A stretch of DNA of 60,999 nucleotides from a virus (taxonomy: Duplodnaviria; Caudoviricetes): IMG/VR virus record IMGVR_UViG_3300004281_000002, positions 1-60,999 of that record, one strand, 5' to 3'. The position numbers and the translations under genes were made by a program. Below are positions 42,323 to 52,144 of this stretch, piece by piece (positions within the stretch are counted from its first letter, which is position 1; every line of letters starts with the position of its first letter). The notes beneath the pieces are model-generated. The model saw only the letters and a program-made list of their open reading frames with translations, had not been told where the DNA came from and did no database searches.

Positions 42323-42871
42323 CTAGACGCCTGTGTCCGTGAGTGGCAGCCCGTCCGGAATGAGCGGGGCGACCGCGGGGCTGATACCGAAGCCCAGCAG
42401 CTCCTTCGCCGCGACATCCTCGATCGTGGGCCGGTGCAGCACTTGCTTCGCCGGCTCGCCCAGCAGCTCGGCGTCGAGGGCAGACAGCTCCACCTGTAAC
42501 GCCTTCAGCTCCTTCAGGGCTTCCCGGTGCACACGTCGCGGCATGAGGATACCCTCGTTGCCGGCCCGGCGCCGCGCGTTCTCCTCACGGAAGTTGTTGA
42601 TGAAAAAGTCGAGCCATGCCATGCGCTGGCTCTTCGCCTCAATCAGCACGTCAGCCAGGACGCCATCCGACTTCAGCTCGATCAGCCCCTGCTGTGCCCA
42701 GGCTTCCAAGATCACGTCGGCATCGTCATCGGTAAGCTGAGTGCCCTGGTACGGCTCCAGCACCAGCGTCCGTGGCGGCCACACCGCTTCCGTCGCCGCG
42801 ATCACGCTCGGCTTCTTGCCCCGGACTTTCACCAGGACGGGCCTCTGGATGCCGCTCACGATCGTTCGCAT
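42323..42871 (-). CDS. Hypothetical protein (182 aa, MRTIVSG...)
   Basis: AAGGAG RBS. Confidence 0.75.
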   Translation of the reverse strand: MRTIVSGIQRPVLVKVRGKKPSVIAATEAVWPPRTLVLEPYQGTQLTDDDADVILEAWAQQGLIELKSDGVLADVLIEAKSQRMAWLDFFINNFREENARRRAGNEGILMPRRVHREALKELKALQVELSALDAELLGEPAKQVLHRPTIEDVAAKELLGFGISPAVAPLIPDGLPLTDTGV

Positions 42872-43400
42872 CGGGTACTCCTTCAGGCACTGTGACCGAG
42901 CGCACGGGCCGCACACCCCACAAGATGTCCGACACCTGGCTGGCGAAGACACGATCGTGCTGGATGCAGTCCCACACGTCGCCCTGTGCGATGCTCCGTG
43001 CCCGGCGCAAAGCATCCGCCCGTGCGTCTAACATTTGCCGCCAGTCGCGCAGTCCGCAATTCCGGCGGTAGTAGTCCATGCGCTCCAGCTTCTTGACAAT
43101 CCGTGAATCGAGGGACCGATAGGTGCCGTCGTCGTCCACGACGTAGCAGACAAGTTTGCGCGCCACGAGCGCATTGCGCGCGGTCTCCACACAGTCCCAC
43201 CGGCTGACGACGTATCCCATCTTCGCAGCATCGAGCTGGAGTGCCGTCGCCAGCCGGTCGACTTCCTCCTCCGGATTGCCCTCGACCTGGAGATCATGGA
43301 AGACTGCCCAGCGACACTGCGGCTCGACCCAGGCAATCGACAGCCCACGGTCGATCCGCTTGAGCGCGGCAGCGATCGTGCGATCCGGAGCGTACTGCAT
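42726..43400 (-). CDS. Hypothetical phage protein (MQYAPDR...)
   Basis: ALKRIDRGLSIAW...YRSLDSRIVKKL pattern; follows the upstream stop by 1 nt. Confidence 0.7.
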   Translation of the reverse strand: MQYAPDRTIAAALKRIDRGLSIAWVEPQCRWAVFHDLQVEGNPEEEVDRLATALQLDAAKMGYVVSRWDCVETARNALVARKLVCYVVDDDGTYRSLDSRIVKKLERMDYYRRNCGLRDWRQMLDARADALRRARSIAQGDVWDCIQHDRVFASQVSDILWGVRPVRSVTVPEGVPDANDRERHPEARPGESPGQEAERDRGDGSGVAATDAGAGAVPGHSAYR

Positions 43401-43401
43401 G

Positions 43402-43743
43402 TCAGGTTGAGACGCGGAACCCCGCAGTCGGGACGCGTTGCGTCTGGCGCTGGGGACCGGGACCGATGTTCCCCGCGATGTCGCCCGGCGGCACGGTGAA
43501 GCCAGAGCCGCCGGCTTGCGCGCCCGTGGCAAACGTGCCCGAGAACGTCTTGGCCGTGTTCTTGTTGAGGCCAGTCGCTGCGGTGATGTCGGCGGACTCC
43601 AGCACCGTCGTACTCGCCGTGAAGCCGGAGCCGCAGAGCGAGTTGATGATCTGGTTCAGGTAATTCCACTCGACTTGCAACCCCTTCTCGAACATGATCC
43701 AGCGGAGCCGATCGTCCATGTATTGCCGAAGTGTCATGCCCAT
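43402..43743 (-). CDS. Putative head-associated protein B (113 aa)
   Basis: AGGAGG RBS; shares the TLxxYxDDxxWxxFEKGL motif with its neighbour. Confidence 0.7.
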   Translation of the reverse strand: MGMTLRQYMDDRLRWIMFEKGLQVEWNYLNQIINSLCGSGFTASTTVLESADITAATGLNKNTAKTFSGTFATGAQAGGSGFTVPPGDIAGNIGPGPQRQTQRVPTAGFRVST

Positions 43744-43752
43744 GGCAGCCTC

Positions 43753-44028
43753 CTATGGAGGGGTAAGTGGGCTCATGCCCGGCGAGCCCAGGCGCGAGTA
43801 CGTCGGCGGCTGCCGGATCACCGTGCCCGCGGCCGACCTGTAGCTGTACCGCCCATCGATCGGCCCGAGCATGGAGAGCTGCGGGTTGTTGGAGTTCTGC
43901 GAGAGCAGGTACAGCTCGCCCCATATGGTCATCAAGCCCTTCTCGAAGAAGAGCCACTTCTTGTCGTCCAGGTACGCCTGGAGGGTCGTGAGCGCGAGCC
44001 CTGGCGGTCCTGGATTCGGTGTCGCCAT
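43753..44028 (-). CDS. Putative head-associated protein A (91 aa)
   Basis: AGGAGG RBS; directly downstream of the capsid gene. Confidence 0.7.
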   Translation of the reverse strand: MATPNPGPPGLALTTLQAYLDDKKWLFFEKGLMTIWGELYLLSQNSNNPQLSMLGPIDGRYSYRSAAGTVIRQPPTYSRLGSPGMSPLTPP

Positions 44029-44037
44029 GAACGCCTC

Positions 44038-45363
44038 CTACGCTGCTACGACATAGTTGGGGTCAATGATCCCGCCAACGATCTTGGCGTTCGAGTTGGC
44101 TTGCGTGGTGCCGAGGTTGCAGATCACGCGCATGTAGCCGTAGAACACGTCGCCTGCCGCCAAGCTGTCGTGCTTCAGGATGCCGCCCGTCTGCTCCACG
44201 AAGGCGAGATCGAACAGCCCGAACTTCTGGATCGAATCGTCGTTCAGGAAGATGACCTGGCCGTCCGGGCAATCGACATCTACGAGGAAGTCACGCCCAT
44301 TGTATTCGAGCGTCTGGAAGCCACCGTCCAGCTTCAAGTCGGTGAAGCGCTTTTGCGGCACCAGCACCTGGAGGTAGCGCTCCCGCATGTTGTAGCTGCC
44401 GATCACGGTGGTGATCCGGCGGCCCGACGAGACCTCGGGCAAGTCCATCCCGAGCTGCATCATCGGCAGCGTGATGTCGCCCCCGCCCGCGTTCAGAATC
44501 TTCGCGCGCCAGAGCGGGTTCGCGACCCGATCGATGTCCTGGAGGACGTTCGCGCCTGGATCGTTCACGCCGTCGTCCACGATCGAGCCGAGGCCAGTGA
44601 TCTCCGCCCCGATCGCCTTGTGCCGCACGATCATGTCCCCGACCGCGATGCCGGTGATGCCCGACGCCGGGCTGATGACGCCCGCGGCGTTGGACAGCTG
44701 GATGGTCGGCGGCGAAGTCGACGTGTCGATCCGGCTGATCGTGTACCGCTTCTGGTAGTACGTGCCCGCCGCATCGCCTTGGTCGGAGTCTCCGACGTTC
44801 CCTGCCGTGCCGCTGCGCAGGGTCACGCCGTCCGCGCCCGACACCACGTTGACTTGCATGCCGACGCGCAAGAACTTCACCTGATCGACGGCGATGCCCG
44901 CCGCCGCAAACGTCGCGCCGGTCGGGATGGTGGCGCGCACGCCGGTCCCGTCCAGGTACGACTGCATGTTCAGGTCCTTCAGCATCATTTCCGTGAGGGA
45001 CCGCATCTTGTCGGTCAGCGTGTTTACGAACGCATTGACGTTTCCCTTGCCCTTTTCGATGTCCGGGCCGGTGATATCGAATGTGCCGTAAATGAACTTG
45101 TGACGGACGCGAGCCGTCACGTCCACGTTGAGGATGGGCTCCGGCAGCGAGATTCTGTAGCCACGAGCACCGACCGACTGTGTGTTCACCATGCGAGCGG
45201 GGAATTCGTACGAGTTACCGCCGAACCGCACACCGCTCTCCCCGAACCGCTTGTAGAGCATCGCGGCCAGGTTCTGCTGCTGCTCGACCCCTTCACCGAA
45301 CACCGTCTTCAAGATGGCGGATAGTTCGGATATGTTGTCGATTACCGCAGGGGGCTGGGCCAT
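44038..45363 (-). CDS. Major capsid protein (441 aa)
   Basis: Portal-scaffold-capsid order; LKDLNMQSYLDGTG, EITGLGSIVD, IDR..NPLWRA, LDGGFQTLEYNG, VDVDCPDG. Confidence 0.9.
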   Translation of the reverse strand: MAQPPAVIDNISELSAILKTVFGEGVEQQQNLAAMLYKRFGESGVRFGGNSYEFPARMVNTQSVGARGYRISLPEPILNVDVTARVRHKFIYGTFDITGPDIEKGKGNVNAFVNTLTDKMRSLTEMMLKDLNMQSYLDGTGVRATIPTGATFAAAGIAVDQVKFLRVGMQVNVVSGADGVTLRSGTAGNVGDSDQGDAAGTYYQKRYTISRIDTSTSPPTIQLSNAAGVISPASGITGIAVGDMIVRHKAIGAEITGLGSIVDDGVNDPGANVLQDIDRVANPLWRAKILNAGGGDITLPMMQLGMDLPEVSSGRRITTVIGSYNMRERYLQVLVPQKRFTDLKLDGGFQTLEYNGRDFLVDVDCPDGQVIFLNDDSIQKFGLFDLAFVEQTGGILKHDSLAAGDVFYGYMRVICNLGTTQANSNAKIVGGIIDPNYVVAA

Positions 45364-45378
45364 ACAACTGTCCTCCCG

Positions 45379-46359
45379 CTATTCGTTCTTCCAGCCCAGC
45401 TGATTCTTCAAGCGCTCCTCCAAGATCGACTTCGTGCTGCGGTCCAGCGCCCCCTTAGCGCCCGCGGCTGCCACCACGGGCGAGCCGCCTGGCATCGGCG
45501 GCAGGCTCTTGGCGTCTGCCAGCTTGCCGTTGCGCCAGGTGTTGAGCTGTTGGTTCAGCCGTTCCTGGAGCGGACCGGCCCATTCCGCGAACACGTACGG
45601 GACCTCGCTCATGTCGAGCGTGGGATACTTCCGCGCCACCGCCAGCACGTACTCCCGTGCCGATGGGAGCCACGAATGATCCAGCTCGTGCTCCGCGAGC
45701 AGCCCTTTCAGCTGCTCGACCAGCTGGACATCCGTGTTGCTCAGGCGGGCGTTGGTCTCCGCCTCGGTGCGAGCCGCCCGGTCCGACTCGTACATGGACC
45801 GGAGCTGGCGAACTTCCTGCGCGAGTCCCGTGTCTGCGGGCGCCGCCTGCGGCTGGCCATTGCGACCAGCACGGCCAGCGGCTGCTGCCCGTGCCCGCAT
45901 GTTGCCGGCGCGCTCGAAGAGTTGCTCAGCTAGATCAGGGTTTTCGTCTATGAGTTGCTCCAGAACATCGTAGTCGTTCTTGGTCTGGAGTAGCTCCTGG
46001 TTCTGCTGGGTGAGTTGGGCGATTTGGCCGTTCACTCGTTCCAGCTCGCCTGCGTGCGCCCGCCGGGTGTTGGTCAGGTCAGTCTGCACCTCCCGGAACT
46101 TCCGCCACGGGACATGGTGCTCCTGCACTGCCTTCCCAGGTTGCCCCTCACCCCCTTCGGTCGCCGGAGCGGCCGGCGGTCCCGAGGGCTGCGCAGAAGT
46201 GCCTTCTGTGCGGCCTCCCGTGCCCGGAGCGCCCTCCGAGCCCTTGGGGGTAGGGGTGCCCTGCTGTGAGCTACCTCCCGCGCCTCCTGGGGCGCCTGGT
46301 GCACTAGCCGGTGCTCCAGGGGTCCCGGTCGGCTGGGAATCAACAGCTGCGGCGCCCAT
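45379..46359 (-). CDS. Capsid scaffolding protein
   Basis: Disordered N-terminus, VPWRKFREV motif, coiled coil; lies between portal and capsid. Confidence 0.8.
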   Translation of the reverse strand: MGAAAVDSQPTGTPGAPASAPGAPGGAGGSSQQGTPTPKGSEGAPGTGGRTEGTSAQPSGPPAAPATEGGEGQPGKAVQEHHVPWRKFREVQTDLTNTRRAHAGELERVNGQIAQLTQQNQELLQTKNDYDVLEQLIDENPDLAEQLFERAGNMRARAAAAGRAGRNGQPQAAPADTGLAQEVRQLRSMYESDRAARTEAETNARLSNTDVQLVEQLKGLLAEHELDHSWLPSAREYVLAVARKYPTLDMSEVPYVFAEWAGPLQERLNQQLNTWRNGKLADAKSLPPMPGGSPVVAAAGAKGALDRSTKSILEERLKNQLGWKNE

Positions 46360-46430
46360 CGAACAGACTCCTCACGCGCCCGCTGTGGCGGGGCGCTCGC
46401 CCACGAGGGAACGGTATGGGCATCCCTCGA

Positions 46431-48749
46431 TCACCCAGCCCCTGGCTGTGGGGCAGTTGGTCCAGCTCCAGTTGTCATCTGTTTCTGAGCATTTGCAATC
46501 AAAGACTCGACGCCAGCCGCTTTGGCCTCCGCCGCGCCTTGAATGATCTGGTCCATCTTCTGCTCCGCCGTCTGATCGGCGGCGTCCTGCGCCTGCTGCT
46601 GCGCCTGCTGATGCGCCTGCACATGGGCCTGGTAGGCTTGTTGGGCGGCAGGCGGCAACGAATCGAAGCCCGGGTCCTTCATTCGTGACTGGTGCTCATG
46701 GAGATGCACGTCGTGGTCGTCCACGGGCGTGAGCTGCACCGGGCCGCCGTCGTCCATCGTCGCGTTCTCCTTCTTCGCGCGCCGTTGGTCCGGGCCGATG
46801 TCAGTATCCCAGCCCTCAATCCCGAGCTGCTCGATCAGCTTCTGCTGTGACACCGGGCTGTCAGGCTTGATGATGCCGGCCTCGATCGCGTCCATGATCG
46901 CCTGCTGTCGCGCCGACTGCGAGCGCCAGATCAGCGTCCCTGGATCGACCGTCACGTCCGTGTTGCCACGGAGATCAGAGCCCTGGAATTCCTGCGCCTG
47001 GTACTCGTTGCCGATGCCGAGCACCTTCACGATCCGTGGCTCACGATAATAACGCTGCGCGAGCAGCAGTTTCTTCCGGTCGCGGTCCGCAACCCAGCGG
47101 CCCCAGCGCCGCAGCCGCGGAATCGTGACCTCCTCGCGGGCCTCCTTGGCGAAGTTCATGGCGATTCCGGAGCGCGTGCCAGCGGGCGCCTGCTGCGCGG
47201 CCATGGAGGCGGCATCCTGCGCGAGTTGATCCATCGACTGGATCGCCTGCTGCCGCTCCTCCATGATCTGCGCCGGCAGCGGCGTGCCCGGAACGACCTG
47301 GGGCGCTGCACCCACCCCGACGAAGTTGTAGAGCACCGTAGCGCCAGGCCGCATGTGCTGGCGGGCCGGATCGAGCCCGCTGCCCTTGGGCGCCAGAATC
47401 CACGGCGAGAGCATGGTCTTGCGGTTCAGAATCACCTGGGCATCGATCCCGTTGACGCGCTTTTGCAAAGGCACCATGTCCTCGGCGGGTGTGCGGCCAG
47501 CAAAGCGTCCCGGGACCACATCGTAGCGAAATTCCGTATAGTTGAAATCTCCGGTGGGAACACCGTGCTCATCGGTGATTGGAAGCGGGCCGCGGTGCAG
47601 AAGCACGCCATTGGCAATGACCGCGAAAAGGCCCTGTGGATATTTCTGCGATGGCTTTTCCTGGTACTTCCGCAGCACGGCTCCATGCTTGAAGAACTGC
47701 GTCGCGCCATAATGGGCTGTTCCTTGAATCGAGGGACCGACGAGCGCCAGCAGGGACGACTCGTAGAAGTTGAGCTGGTCGATTCCCTCCTCGGAGCCGA
47801 CGTACGGACCGAGGTCAGGATAGTTCTCGTCTATCCAGTCAAGATCGGCGTAGAGCGCTTCCCCGCACCAGCGCGCTTCCTTCAGCTTGGCCGCCTTCGG
47901 GTCCCAATAAAAGTTCATGAGCATGCGGACCCGCGACTCGATCTCGCCCTCGGGGATGGTATCGATCGCCGGTTGCCCATCCTCGCCCATGACCGGCTGG
48001 AGTCTAGAGGTCGTGATCGGCGTGCCATCCGGCCAGGTGCGCTGGCGCTCTCCGAGTGCCATGTCGAGCCCGCCACACTGCGGGCACGGCAGGCTCACGT
48101 TCTCGGGCGGCGCCGTTGCGGGACACGTCGGGCATTGTGCCAACTGCTCCATCACCGGATTGCGTACCACCTGCATCTGCGGCACGACGTTCACGCGCCC
48201 GGCTTGCGGATTGAACCAGTCCTCCGCGATCACGGTCCCGGTGAGTGCCGAGATCAGAGACGCCATGTCGCGCAGCTCGTCCTCGTCGGTCACGTCGTAG
48301 AAGCGGCCAACCAGCTTCTCCGCCACCTTCGCCGCCATGAAGTCCTGCGGCTCGTTGGTATTGGGCCGCACCCGCCCTTGCGGCTGGGACCGGGCCAGTC
48401 CCGCCTGCATGATTCCCACCCGCGGCCCGATCAGATTCGTCACTGGCGTCGGGAACCACGACGGCGCGTTCCAGCGCTGGAAGCGCCGCTGCGTCTCGGA
48501 ATACTCGATCCACTGGATGCCACAGTACATGGCGATCGTCTCGAACATCTGGCGTTCGAGCGCCCAGCGAGTATTGTCCCGGCCGGTGTACTGAATCCGG
48601 TCCTGGACCCGCTGGATGATCTCCTTTTCCTCGGGCGTCGGCTGATAGCCCGTGAGCGGTTTCCGCGGCTCGCTGCTCGGCGTCTGCGCCGACCCGCGCT
48701 CGACGCCCGTGTTCGTGGGCGCCGGAGGAAAGACGTTCTCTAACGCCAC
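46431..48749 (-). CDS. Portal protein (772 aa) with internal zinc ribbon
   Basis: MYCGIQW, VTNLIGP, VRPNTNEPQD, LQKRVN, RSGIA, DDHDVHLHEH; podoviral portal pattern. Confidence 0.9.
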   Translation of the reverse strand: MALENVFPPAPTNTGVERGSAQTPSSEPRKPLTGYQPTPEEKEIIQRVQDRIQYTGRDNTRWALERQMFETIAMYCGIQWIEYSETQRRFQRWNAPSWFPTPVTNLIGPRVGIMQAGLARSQPQGRVRPNTNEPQDFMAAKVAEKLVGRFYDVTDEDELRDMASLISALTGTVIAEDWFNPQAGRVNVVPQMQVVRNPVMEQLAQCPTCPATAPPENVSLPCPQCGGLDMALGERQRTWPDGTPITTSRLQPVMGEDGQPAIDTIPEGEIESRVRMLMNFYWDPKAAKLKEARWCGEALYADLDWIDENYPDLGPYVGSEEGIDQLNFYESSLLALVGPSIQGTAHYGATQFFKHGAVLRKYQEKPSQKYPQGLFAVIANGVLLHRGPLPITDEHGVPTGDFNYTEFRYDVVPGRFAGRTPAEDMVPLQKRVNGIDAQVILNRKTMLSPWILAPKGSGLDPARQHMRPGATVLYNFVGVGAAPQVVPGTPLPAQIMEERQQAIQSMDQLAQDAASMAAQQAPAGTRSGIAMNFAKEAREEVTIPRLRRWGRWVADRDRKKLLLAQRYYREPRIVKVLGIGNEYQAQEFQGSDLRGNTDVTVDPGTLIWRSQSARQQAIMDAIEAGIIKPDSPVSQQKLIEQLGIEGWDTDIGPDQRRAKKENATMDDGGPVQLTPVDDHDVHLHEHQSRMKDPGFDSLPPAAQQAYQAHVQAHQQAQQQAQDAADQTAEQKMDQIIQGAAEAKAAGVESLIANAQKQMTTGAGPTAPQPGAG

Positions 48750-48752
48750 CGA

Positions 48753-49202
48753 TCAGCGTCCGTAAAAATCACACACCATATAGACGCTGGTCGCAATCGC
48801 GCCCGTCGCCTCCGTGCCCGCCGTCGTCCAAATACGAAACTTGACCAGCTTACCGGTCACATCCGACGTGGTGATGACTTCACCACCATTGCTGACCCAG
48901 CAGTTGCCATACTGAATCGTGGTCAGCCCGAGCACGCCGAGCGCAGCACTAGTCAGCGTGTCACCGCCGCTCGTATACGTGCCACCATCGGAACGGAGAT
49001 CGGCACGCACCGTAGTGAGTGTACCGGCCGTGTTCCGCGCCACGCACGCGGGGTTTGCCCCCGGACTGGCGATGACACAGCAGCCCGAAGGCGTGGCCGC
49101 CGCCGTACAGTCCGATGCCTTGGTCACGGTCCAGCTGATGGCCGCTTGCGCCGCGACTGCCCAGCCGAGGAACAGTGCGGCCCCGAGTAGACGCTTCATC
49201 AC
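48753..49202 (-). CDS. Secreted-type protein with signal peptide (149 aa)
   Basis: MKRLLGAALFLGWAVAAQA signal; CTAAATPSGCC; YTSGG. Confidence 0.75.
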   Translation of the reverse strand: MMKRLLGAALFLGWAVAAQAAISWTVTKASDCTAAATPSGCCVIASPGANPACVARNTAGTLTTVRADLRSDGGTYTSGGDTLTSAALGVLGLTTIQYGNCWVSNGGEVITTSDVTGKLVKFRIWTTAGTEATGAIATSVYMVCDFYGR

Positions 49203-49555
49203 GACTTCCCTCCTCCGATCATCTCGCCAAGTTTATCCATGGCGCGATCGACTTCTTCCGCCGGGACCGCTCGCCCGGCCTCGTCCAGATAGACTGCTCC
49301 GGTCGCCAGCTTTTGCCACTCCGCCTGGGAGACCAGCTTCCCCGCGACCTCGACCCACACGTTTCCTTGCGCGTCTACGACGGTGTTGATCGGCGCGCTT
49401 AGCGTCTGTCCAGCTGCCGGCACGCCAGAGAACGCTTGGTACGCTGGTGGGGACAAGGCCGCCATGAGGCGGTCCATCAACTTTTCCCGCTCCGCCCGCA
49501 CGGTCGCCAACTCCTCCCGGAGCACTTGACACGTCGGGCATGCACCGTTCTCCAT
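49199..49555 (-). CDS. Hypothetical protein with CxxC and coiled coil
   Basis: CPTCQVLREEL; ATGA overlap downstream. Confidence 0.7.
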   Translation of the reverse strand: MENGACPTCQVLREELATVRAEREKLMDRLMAALSPPAYQAFSGVPAAGQTLSAPINTVVDAQGNVWVEVAGKLVSQAEWQKLATGAVYLDEAGRAVPAEEVDRAMDKLGEMIGGGKS

Positions 49556-49700
49556 CAATCAGCCCTCGCAGCTCGGCATCGATCTCGCGAAGGTCATTCG
49601 CCGCATCCGAGACCCCATGCCAGTCCTCATCCCGAATCTTCGCTTCCAGGTACCAGCGCGTTGCATCCCGCAACTGCGTCAAATGTTCATGTCTTGTCAT
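49233..49700 (-). CDS. Hypothetical protein (MTRHEHL...); only the N-terminal ~50 aa look convincing
   Basis: YLEAKIRDEDWHGVSDAANDLREI motif; the rest overlaps the next gene. Confidence 0.5.
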   Translation of the reverse strand: MTRHEHLTQLRDATRWYLEAKIRDEDWHGVSDAANDLREIDAELRGLIDGERCMPDVSSAPGGVGDRAGGAGKVDGPPHGGLVPTSVPSVLWRAGSWTDAKRADQHRRRRARKRVGRGRGEAGLPGGVAKAGDRSSLSGRGRASGPGGRSRSRHG

Positions 49701-49821
49701 TCTTCCCGATCTTCGTCGGCGGCTCCGGTGATGCCTCAATCGCCTTCGTCATCTGCCCATGCATCACCCAGCCGGCGATTGCTCCAATCGCGAACGACAC
49801 GATGACATACAGCACAGTCAT
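49687..49821 (-). CDS. 44-aa single-TM protein in the lysis module
   Basis: MTVLYVIVSFAIGAIAGWVMH; GGGAG RBS. Confidence 0.6.
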   Translation of the reverse strand: MTVLYVIVSFAIGAIAGWVMHGQMTKAIEASPEPPTKIGKNDKT

Positions 49822-49843
49822 GGCCGATACTCCCGTCGCATCA

Positions 49844-50413
49844 TCACACAGGACTGCTTGCGTCGTGCAAGATCGCATTGGCAAACTTGTAGGCAATACC
49901 CTGAATGGTGTTCGCTTGGTCCAAGCCGTTGACAATCTTTCGTGCGTTGTAAAAGTCCGTCTGTGTGTCGTTGAGATATTTCGGCAACCCCACGCCAGTA
50001 AAATCCCCATCGCGCATGCCACCGAAAATAATGTCAGTCGCCACCTGGAGATCGAGTGCCGTATCCGCAACCTTGACCAGCTGCCCATTGAGTTTCAGCT
50101 TGTCGTCCTGCTTCTGGTAGTTCTGGTACCACGTAAGCTGCACGAAGCCACGCCCGTAATAGATTTGATTGTACGGGCCATCCGGCACCCCGTAGGGCTT
50201 CCCCTGCCCCTTGCCGTACTCCGCGATAGGCTGCATGGTCTGCGCCGTCTCCCAAAACGTGGTCGCCAGAAGATACGCGGTCCACCGATCATCCCAGCCG
50301 AGCATCTCGGCATTGTCGAGCAGTGCCGTTTGCCCGTCCACTTGCGGCTGATTCATGGAGCCCGAGAACAAGGAACCACGCACGGAGTCGAAATAGTATT
50401 TCCGAATAATCAT
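49844..50413 (-). CDS. Endolysin, glycoside hydrolase family 19
   Basis: AYLLATTFWET, YYGRGFVQLTWYQNY, ARKIVNGLD. Confidence 0.92.
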   Translation of the reverse strand: MIIRKYYFDSVRGSLFSGSMNQPQVDGQTALLDNAEMLGWDDRWTAYLLATTFWETAQTMQPIAEYGKGQGKPYGVPDGPYNQIYYGRGFVQLTWYQNYQKQDDKLKLNGQLVKVADTALDLQVATDIIFGGMRDGDFTGVGLPKYLNDTQTDFYNARKIVNGLDQANTIQGIAYKFANAILHDASSPV

Positions 50414-50425
50414 AATGGCTCCTTC

Positions 50426-50716
50426 TCACTCCTTGGGTGCTTTGCAGTATTCCAGTTTCTCGAGCAGCTTCGTGGACATTTCACTCTGCCGTTGCACGGC
50501 AGCAACGAATTGCTCCTGCATCGAAGTCAGGAGCTGTGTGCGCTTGATTTCGTTGTCCTCGATATTGTCCAGCGTGGCGCCGAGCCGAAACAGCACGAAC
50601 CAGAGCAAGATGCCAGCAAAGACCGTCGGCACACCGAGCTGCGTCGTGACCGAGATCAAGGGCGCCAACCAGGACGGCTGTGCAACCGGCTCAGTCACGG
50701 GACCGTCCCGAGACAT
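50426..50716 (-). CDS. Holin candidate (96 aa)
   Basis: [18 protein letters not shown] plus coiled coil; immediately upstream of the endolysin. Confidence 0.65.
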   Translation of the reverse strand: MSRDGPVTEPVAQPSWLAPLISVTTQLGVPTVFAGILLWFVLFRLGATLDNIEDNEIKRTQLLTSMQEQFVAAVQRQSEMSTKLLEKLEYCKAPKE

Positions 50717-51333
50717 TGGACGACCGCTGTCAGGCTCAGCGTGGTATGCATGGCGAAATTATCGGTCACAATGAACTGGATGATGTAGCTCTGCGGTGGC
50801 TCGTTCGTTGGCCGATCGTTGAGCAGTGCGAGCTGATGAATGTCCTGAAATTGTGAAATCTCCACCGTGTACCCGCCCCCGGTGACCTGCTCGCCAGGGG
50901 CACACGACGCAATCGCCGTCACTAAATCGCCTTTGAGCAAGCGTCTGGTAAAATTGGTCGTTGCTGTCTGTGTGGTGATCGTCACACTCCCGCTGCCCGA
51001 TTCCCCGGTCGGGCCGGTCGGACCAGTCGGTCCCGGCGGCCCAGGCACACCCTGAAGGCCAGGCGTGCCCATCGCACCAGGGGTACCAGGCGCCCCAGGA
51101 ACACCAGGGAGCCCCGGAGAACCCGGTGGACCGAGCGGGCCAGGCTCGCCCCTGGCCCCTGGCGTTCCTGGGGCCCCCGATGGCCCCTGTGGTCCCGTTG
51201 ATCCCGTTGGTCCTGCTGGGCATAGATGGCACTTTCTCAACAGGTGCAGAGGAACGTTAATGCATTGCGTTCCAGCCGACGCCCACCACGGGAGAGACGC
51301 CAGCAGGACGAATGCCATCGTGATCGAGCGCAT
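50695..51333 (-). CDS. Collagen-like (Gly-X-Y) protein with signal peptide
   Basis: >20 contiguous GXY triplets; C-terminal [14 protein letters not shown] domain. Confidence 0.9.
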   Translation of the reverse strand: MRSITMAFVLLASLPWWASAGTQCINVPLHLLRKCHLCPAGPTGSTGPQGPSGAPGTPGARGEPGPLGPPGSPGLPGVPGAPGTPGAMGTPGLQGVPGPPGPTGPTGPTGESGSGSVTITTQTATTNFTRRLLKGDLVTAIASCAPGEQVTGGGYTVEISQFQDIHQLALLNDRPTNEPPQSYIIQFIVTDNFAMHTTLSLTAVVQCLGTVP

Positions 51334-52144
51334 AGGTTCCTGCTACGAACACCATAAACCCGTGTGGCAGTGGTGCTCGAATCCCGAACGCCAAATCGAA
51401 CGTGTGTCCGTCGCCGTAGGTCACATCGAACAGAGAGAGGGAATTCTGTAGTCCCTTGCTGCCAAGAAACTCAAAGACGAGCGCGACCGGGCCAACGAGC
51501 GCCGAGGCCCCAACGCCATAGCTCACACCGGATTGATTCAGGTATGACAGGTCCAACTCACCCGCCGCCCGCGCGTTGAGCTGCATCCGCTTGCCGATGG
51601 GCCACGAAGCCGCCACGCCAGGCGTCAGCCAGTACGTGTCGAGGCCAAACCCCCGGCTCGAATCACCAGTCGGAAAGATCGCCTTCAACGTCAACGCGAG
51701 ATTAGGATGGAATTGATACTTCAGGCGTGCGCTCAGATCGCTCACCCCCGCCGCCGAGAACGTGGTGCGCCCAACGAATGGCCCGATGCGGACATGCACA
51801 TCCACGTCCTCTTGAATGACGGGTATCACCAGACTCGCGTCCAGATGGTCGGTGATGCCGTAGCTCGCCGCCACAACCATGATGGTCGTCCGCACGTCAA
51901 AGTGCACGCTTGTCTGCGCCCGCGGAGCAGCATGCAGCTGAAGCACACCGGTCTCAGCCAGCGCGTTCGTATTGAGATTGCCCTGCCCAATGGTGTCCGG
52001 GTGGTCTAGGAAGATCGGCCCCAAGGGCTCCTCGCTGGAATCAATCACCCCATCCATGTTCGCAGGCGAGGTCGGAGACAACACCGCGCTCTCCTCGATG
52101 TTCTGGAGGCAAAGCGGAAACACGAGCGCTGCCGGATGCATCAT
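51257..52144 (-). CDS. Outer-membrane beta-barrel, MetA-pathway/COG4313 transporter-like
   Basis: [39 protein letters not shown], alternating beta strands, terminal aromatic (VGVGW). Confidence 0.7.
   Translation of the reverse strand: MMHPAALVFPLCLQNIEESAVLSPTSPANMDGVIDSSEEPLGPIFLDHPDTIGQGNLNTNALAETGVLQLHAAPRAQTSVHFDVRTTIMVVAASYGITDHLDASLVIPVIQEDVDVHVRIGPFVGRTTFSAAGVSDLSARLKYQFHPNLALTLKAIFPTGDSSRGFGLDTYWLTPGVAASWPIGKRMQLNARAAGELDLSYLNQSGVSYGVGASALVGPVALVFEFLGSKGLQNSLSLFDVTYGDGHTFDLAFGIRAPLPHGFMVFVAGTYALDHDGIRPAGVSPVVGVGWNAMH

Noticed and set aside
50695-51333. Collagen repeat as eukaryotic contamination
   Set aside because: The ORF is intronless, overlaps phage genes on both sides and has matching GC; GXY proteins are common in phages and bacteria.
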